Positions 8,916 through 12,402 of a DNA stretch of 12,402 nucleotides are shown one piece after another. The DNA is from a bacterium (GTDB taxonomy: Bacteria; SAR324; NAC60-12). Numbering within the stretch: position 1 is the first letter of the stretch; every line of letters starts with the position of its first letter. The notes beneath the pieces were generated by a model. That model did no database searches, was not told the origin of the DNA, and saw nothing but the letters and a program-made list of their open reading frames with translations. A program made the position numbers and the translations under genes. Location: assembly GCA_965233585.1 (NCBI GenBank), contig CBDDTI010000029.1, forward strand, positions 1 to 12,402. Direction: 5' to 3'.

Positions 8916-8922
8916 ACACAAC

Positions 8923-9454
8923 ATGGACTTTTACGTGGAATACAGCTGCGAAGACAACAACGAAACAGGCAGAACCAAGCTTACTGTCTCTGCCTTTGAT
9001 GCCACTACCATCAGAGATGTAAAGTACGCTATTCAGGCCGCCATTCAAGCACCAGTTTGTGATCAACAACTGTTTTATCAGGGACAACCGGTAACAGACG
9101 ATGACATAACTCTCAGCAGATTATATGTCCGGAAGGGTGACTGTTTCAAAGTGAAGTTTCTTGCTGCAGTGCACATTGCAGTAATGACTGAGCTAGTGGA
9201 TGTGTTGAAAAAGGCCGCTCAGAACATTGTCGAGAAGCTCAATAGACAGCCTCCAAGTAAACTTGCGATAGAAGACAACCCTGCTGATGGCTTGAGCCTG
9301 CGGTCCTACAGGCATCTTGTTCATTTTTCTTGCCATGGAAACAATTAAGAACTACTGCTCACAGACACTTTTTCGTTCAAGAGGGAGGATTTGATGCATT
9401 TCTTGAGGTGCTTAAATATTCACAGCGAGTGAACTTTGTTGAGGATGAGATCAA
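8923..9454 (+). CDS. Coding exon 1 of an uncharacterised ubiquitin-like-domain protein, with an apparent -1 frameshift near 9324
   Basis: ATG in aacaacATGG context. TIRDVKYAIQAAIQAPVCDQQLFYQGQPVTDDDITLSRLYVRKGD matches the ubiquitin-fold pattern (TIxxVKxxIQ...PxxQQxLxFxGxxLxDxxTL). The frame stops at 9346-9348, but the -1 frame continues FFLPWKQLRTTAHRHFFVQEGGFDAFLEVLKYSQRVNFVEDEI to a strong donor AA|GTGAGT at 9454/9455. Confidence 0.75.
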
Positions 9455-9618
9455 GTGAGTTTTTGACTTAAAATTAGGCGCTTCTCATATTTATCCACAT
9501 GGCCACACCCCCACCAACACCACATGGCCTGTCGGAAAATCTTTCCAAAGAGACTGAAAAATATGGTAGGAAAACCTCCATGATTGTCTTTGATCACAAT
9601 GTTTGTCCAACGTTGATC

Positions 9619-9692
9619 ATTTATATTTACATTTACATTTACATTTACGCATATTAGGTCGGTAAAAACTATTCGGTTATTCACACCAATCA
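9619..9692 (-). mobile_element. Probable LINE/SINE 3' tail with (GTAAAT)n in the intron
   Basis: (ATTTAC)4 at 9625-9648 on the plus strand. Short tandem tails of this kind are typical of L2-clade elements. No coding evidence. Confidence 0.4.
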
Positions 9693-9769
9693 TAAAAATA
9701 ACAAAAAAAAAAAAACCAAGTAAATAAATAAATAAAATGCAAATATATTAATATATAAAATAATAATGT

Positions 9770-9883
9770 AAAAGGTAAATAGAGCAAACTACTCTTGGCA
9801 GCCATCTTAAGGGAAGTCTTAGAGTTGATACCAGCCTAGTGCTGAAGGGGCCACCCTGCTTAAATCAAGATGACTTGACTTGA
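9770..9883 (+). mobile_element. Probable CR1-like LINE 3' UTR fragment with (GACTT)n tail
   Basis: It ends gtgctgaaggggccaccctgcttaaatcaagatgacttgacttga, a short tandem tail preceded by a degenerate AATAAA-like signal. The family call is from recall. Confidence 0.4.
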
Positions 9884-10042
9884 GCATCATGGGTGTACAT
9901 AATGCCATAATGCCAGCTGTGAAATCGATCCTGTTTTTCAAGGTTTTCAAGGACGATATGTGCCATTATTATTAATTATTATAATTATTAATTTTTTTGT
10001 TAAAAGATTGTTTTAAATTATTGACATTTTTTTGTTTTACAG

Positions 10043-10276
10043 CCCTGAATTTATTGCATTGGACGTTGTTATGCAGCAAAATAACCTTCATGAATTTTGT
10101 CTTGATCTTTTGGGGAACTTTGCAGAGACAAGATACGAGCAGAAGTTTATTTTGTCAAAAGGTGTTTTTCCTCATGTGATTGATGCTGTTTTACTTCACC
10201 CGGGCTCCCAAACAGAGTATGCATCAAGTTTGGCAGTGATTAGTGTAAATGAAGCCGCTGTTGAATGCTTTTTAGG
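10043..10276 (+). CDS. Coding exon 2 of the same gene (helical, possibly ARM-like region)
   Basis: A pyrimidine tract and acceptor tttttttgttttacAG end at 10042. The phase (2) matches the donor at 9455 (AA+C = Asn). The open frame reads PEFIALDVVMQQNNLHEFCLDLLGNFAETRYEQKFILSKGVFPHVIDAVLL...VNEAAVECFLG, with donor GG|GTAGGT at 10276/10277. Confidence 0.75.
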
Positions 10277-10889
10277 GTAGGTCTATATGTGCACATCTTG
10301 CCCCCAATCAACCCAAGTAAAAGCACAAATATCATAATGAGAGATTTGTACTTGGGTGTTATTTGGAATGTCATTGCAAATGCCTATTGGAAGGGGTTTC
10401 AAAAGTCGACTGTTTTAAGCGAAGTATAACTAGGCCTCTATAAAGCTAAAAGTGAAATTCCCAGAAGGGTTGAGGAGCTGATGTTCAACTCAAAAAATCT
10501 TTCCTTTTTTGAAAAACACATCAATTAATTATCAGTTGTAGTTTCTATTTTATGGTGTAGACTCAAAACACAGCTCTTTTGGCGTAGCGAGTCCATTTGT
10601 ATGTATTATCAATGATACTTGACACAGTGAGCATGTTAATCTGTGCCTACAGTTTTCTAGTTTTGCTGCTATTGCGAGAACGTAACAATTGGTGAATTTA
10701 TGAAGTTACATTTCTTGAGTGAAATTTGAGGGGGAGGCTGCATGTATCTGGCAAGTCTGCAAGCCCAAGCCTTGAATTACGAGCTGCAAGCCAATAGTAT
10801 CGTTTTGGAAGCTCTGAAAGATTTCTACCGAAAAATAAAAAAAAAACCTGCGTGATGTCTGAATTTGGTATTTATTACATGCATCTGCA

Positions 10890-11195
10890 GGGTGCTTTCA
10901 TTGTGCCAAATGGACTGGTAAGAGACCAGTGGGAACATCCGTGGAAAGTGGAACAACATTTTCCGATCAAACCAGGCCAACTAACAGGAATGGCTCTTAT
11001 CATATTATTCTTATTCCTTATCTGAATTCCCTACACAAGTAAAGAGAAGCAGGGAAATTAACCTGTTTGTCAAGAAATAATGGAACAGTGGATTTTTGTC
11101 AGAATATTCCAGCCAAAATAAGTGGACCACCTCCAGAGGTTATCCCAAATATTCTGATCAGAAGGAACAGAAACAGACCTTTCCATATGAATTTC
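10890..11195. repeat. Probable degenerate intronic MITE
   Basis: It starts gggtgctttcatt and contains ttccgatcaaacc / aaacagacctttccat motifs resembling anthozoan MITEs I recall. No intact TIR pair or TSD. Confidence 0.3.
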
Positions 11196-11299
11196 AATTT
11201 TTGGTAGCTTCAAGCGAGGTGAAACTTTTCCTAATCTTTAATTAGTTTAAAGGAGTTGCACCGTATTTGCATTTCAGCGAATTGAAGGGTCAATAAAGT

Positions 11300-11716
11300 C
11301 CCGTAGGGGAGGGGGGTACATAATTTATACTCTCTTATATGGGCTATATGGTACATGTATGTGAAACCCCAGCTGTTTTGGTGATAATTTAAAGGGTATC
11401 GATTTTGGCCATTTTAGTCATAGGGTATTGTTTTTGCACTCTAGTGTAGAATTGGGTATGTTCAGTTCAGAAGAAACTCTTTTTTCATCATTATTGATAA
11501 GGCCATCAACAAAAGTGCTTCATAACTATTTTTAGGGCAACTGTGCCAGCCGCAACTGTTATAAAGTAGGGAATTCATGTTATTTTGTCAAGTCATTAAT
11601 AGGCCGGGTAGGGAAAATCACAGATTTTGGTCATAAATAGTGTAAGAGTGTTGGAAAGTGGGCTGTGTACCCTTACCCAATTTTTCAGGGAGTACCCCCC
11701 ACCCTTCCCCTCTGGG
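11300..11716. mobile_element. Degenerate CCC...GGG-terminus MITE
   Basis: Left cccgtaggggaggggggtac and right gtaccccccacccttcccctctggg form imperfect inverted ends, in the same style as 8424-8850. The TSD is not preserved. Confidence 0.5.
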
Positions 11717-12157
11717 AAGAGCACATAAAGGAATGATATTCCAGCAGGATTGTCAGGTTTCAAGCAAATGTTCAGCTAAACTGGTATGTAAATATGCTTA
11801 TAAACCAACTTCAGCTTATTATTGATGGGTTTGAATTTATCCCCAAACTTTTGAGTTGCTCAAAATACCGGTAAGTGGTCATCCCATCATTCGATTTTGT
11901 GGAGGAACTATTTAAAAAAATTAAGAGCCTGGTTTCCTGAGAGACAAAACAACAGAAAACCGGTAGCCAAAAATAAATGTTCAGATCTTTTGTGGCAGTG
12001 CTTGATTAATGTTCTCGATATATCATCTTGATAATTACCTAATGTTCACCTCACTTGAATGTTCCCTTGTTGCTGAAACTGGAAAATCTTTCTGATGAAA
12101 TTAAATCGACTAGGGGGGGGGAGTTACTATTTCTTGACTCATAATTATTTGGATATT

Positions 12158-12226
12158 AATAATATTATTAATAATAATACGATAATTTATATACGCCATT
12201 TCCGTGAGCTCAATGGCGCCATATAA
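12158..12226 (-). mobile_element. L2-type 3' end remnant (stem-loop plus AAT-rich tail)
   Basis: ttatatacgccatt-tccgtgagctc-aatggcgcc parallels ttatatagcgtccttt...aaaggcgctttacaa at 707-756. Stem cgccatt (12194-12200) / aatggcg (12212-12218), next to an aat-rich run. Confidence 0.5.
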
Positions 12227-12402
12227 ATTCATTATAACTATATAAATGATAAATATTGGGTTGTCTATTTGATTTTGAACCCAGCCCTGTAATTAAATCA
12301 AGGTCAAGGATTACAAACAGAAGTTAATAAACCACTTACCCTCTGTAGGGCATTGTGCCCAGCCTCTATTTTGCAACCCTGTTTACAATAAGTATAAACT
12401 GC

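Noticed and set aside
9257..9311. Possible 55-nt GT-AG intron explaining the frameshift
   Set aside because: Removing it does not place the downstream sequence in the FFLPWK frame.
10277..12402. Candidate third exon (AG sites near 10652, 10890, 11757, 11985)
   Set aside because: None gives a strong pyrimidine tract plus a convincing phase-2 reading frame. The next exon may lie beyond the window.

Overview
AT-rich eukaryotic genomic DNA, most likely anthozoan (stony coral-like); this assignment rests on my recognition of the repeat families. Roughly bases 1-8915 are transposon-derived. The centre is a deeply nested cluster (2677-6022): a hAT-type element with an 8-bp TSD contains a TTA-flanked TIR element, which contains TTAA-flanked Kolobok-like pieces. 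These contain a Penelope-like retroelement (12-bp TSD, decayed RT and GIY-YIG ORF, inverted pLTR copies each with a U3-A8 variant hammerhead ribozyme), which in turn holds another Kolobok-like piece and a palindromic MITE. A second nested unit (6211-8190; CGG termini, 6-bp TSD) holds a multi-hairpin element and a MITE carrying what looks like a first exon for a SAM-domain protein. A 33-bp TIR element with a 10-bp TSD follows. The only likely host gene is a spliced, uncharacterised ubiquitin-like-domain gene (exons 8923-9454 and 10043-10276) with an apparent -1 frameshift near 9324. I see no clear evidence of a wholly new biological system. The best leads are unclassified transposon architectures and the ribozymes.
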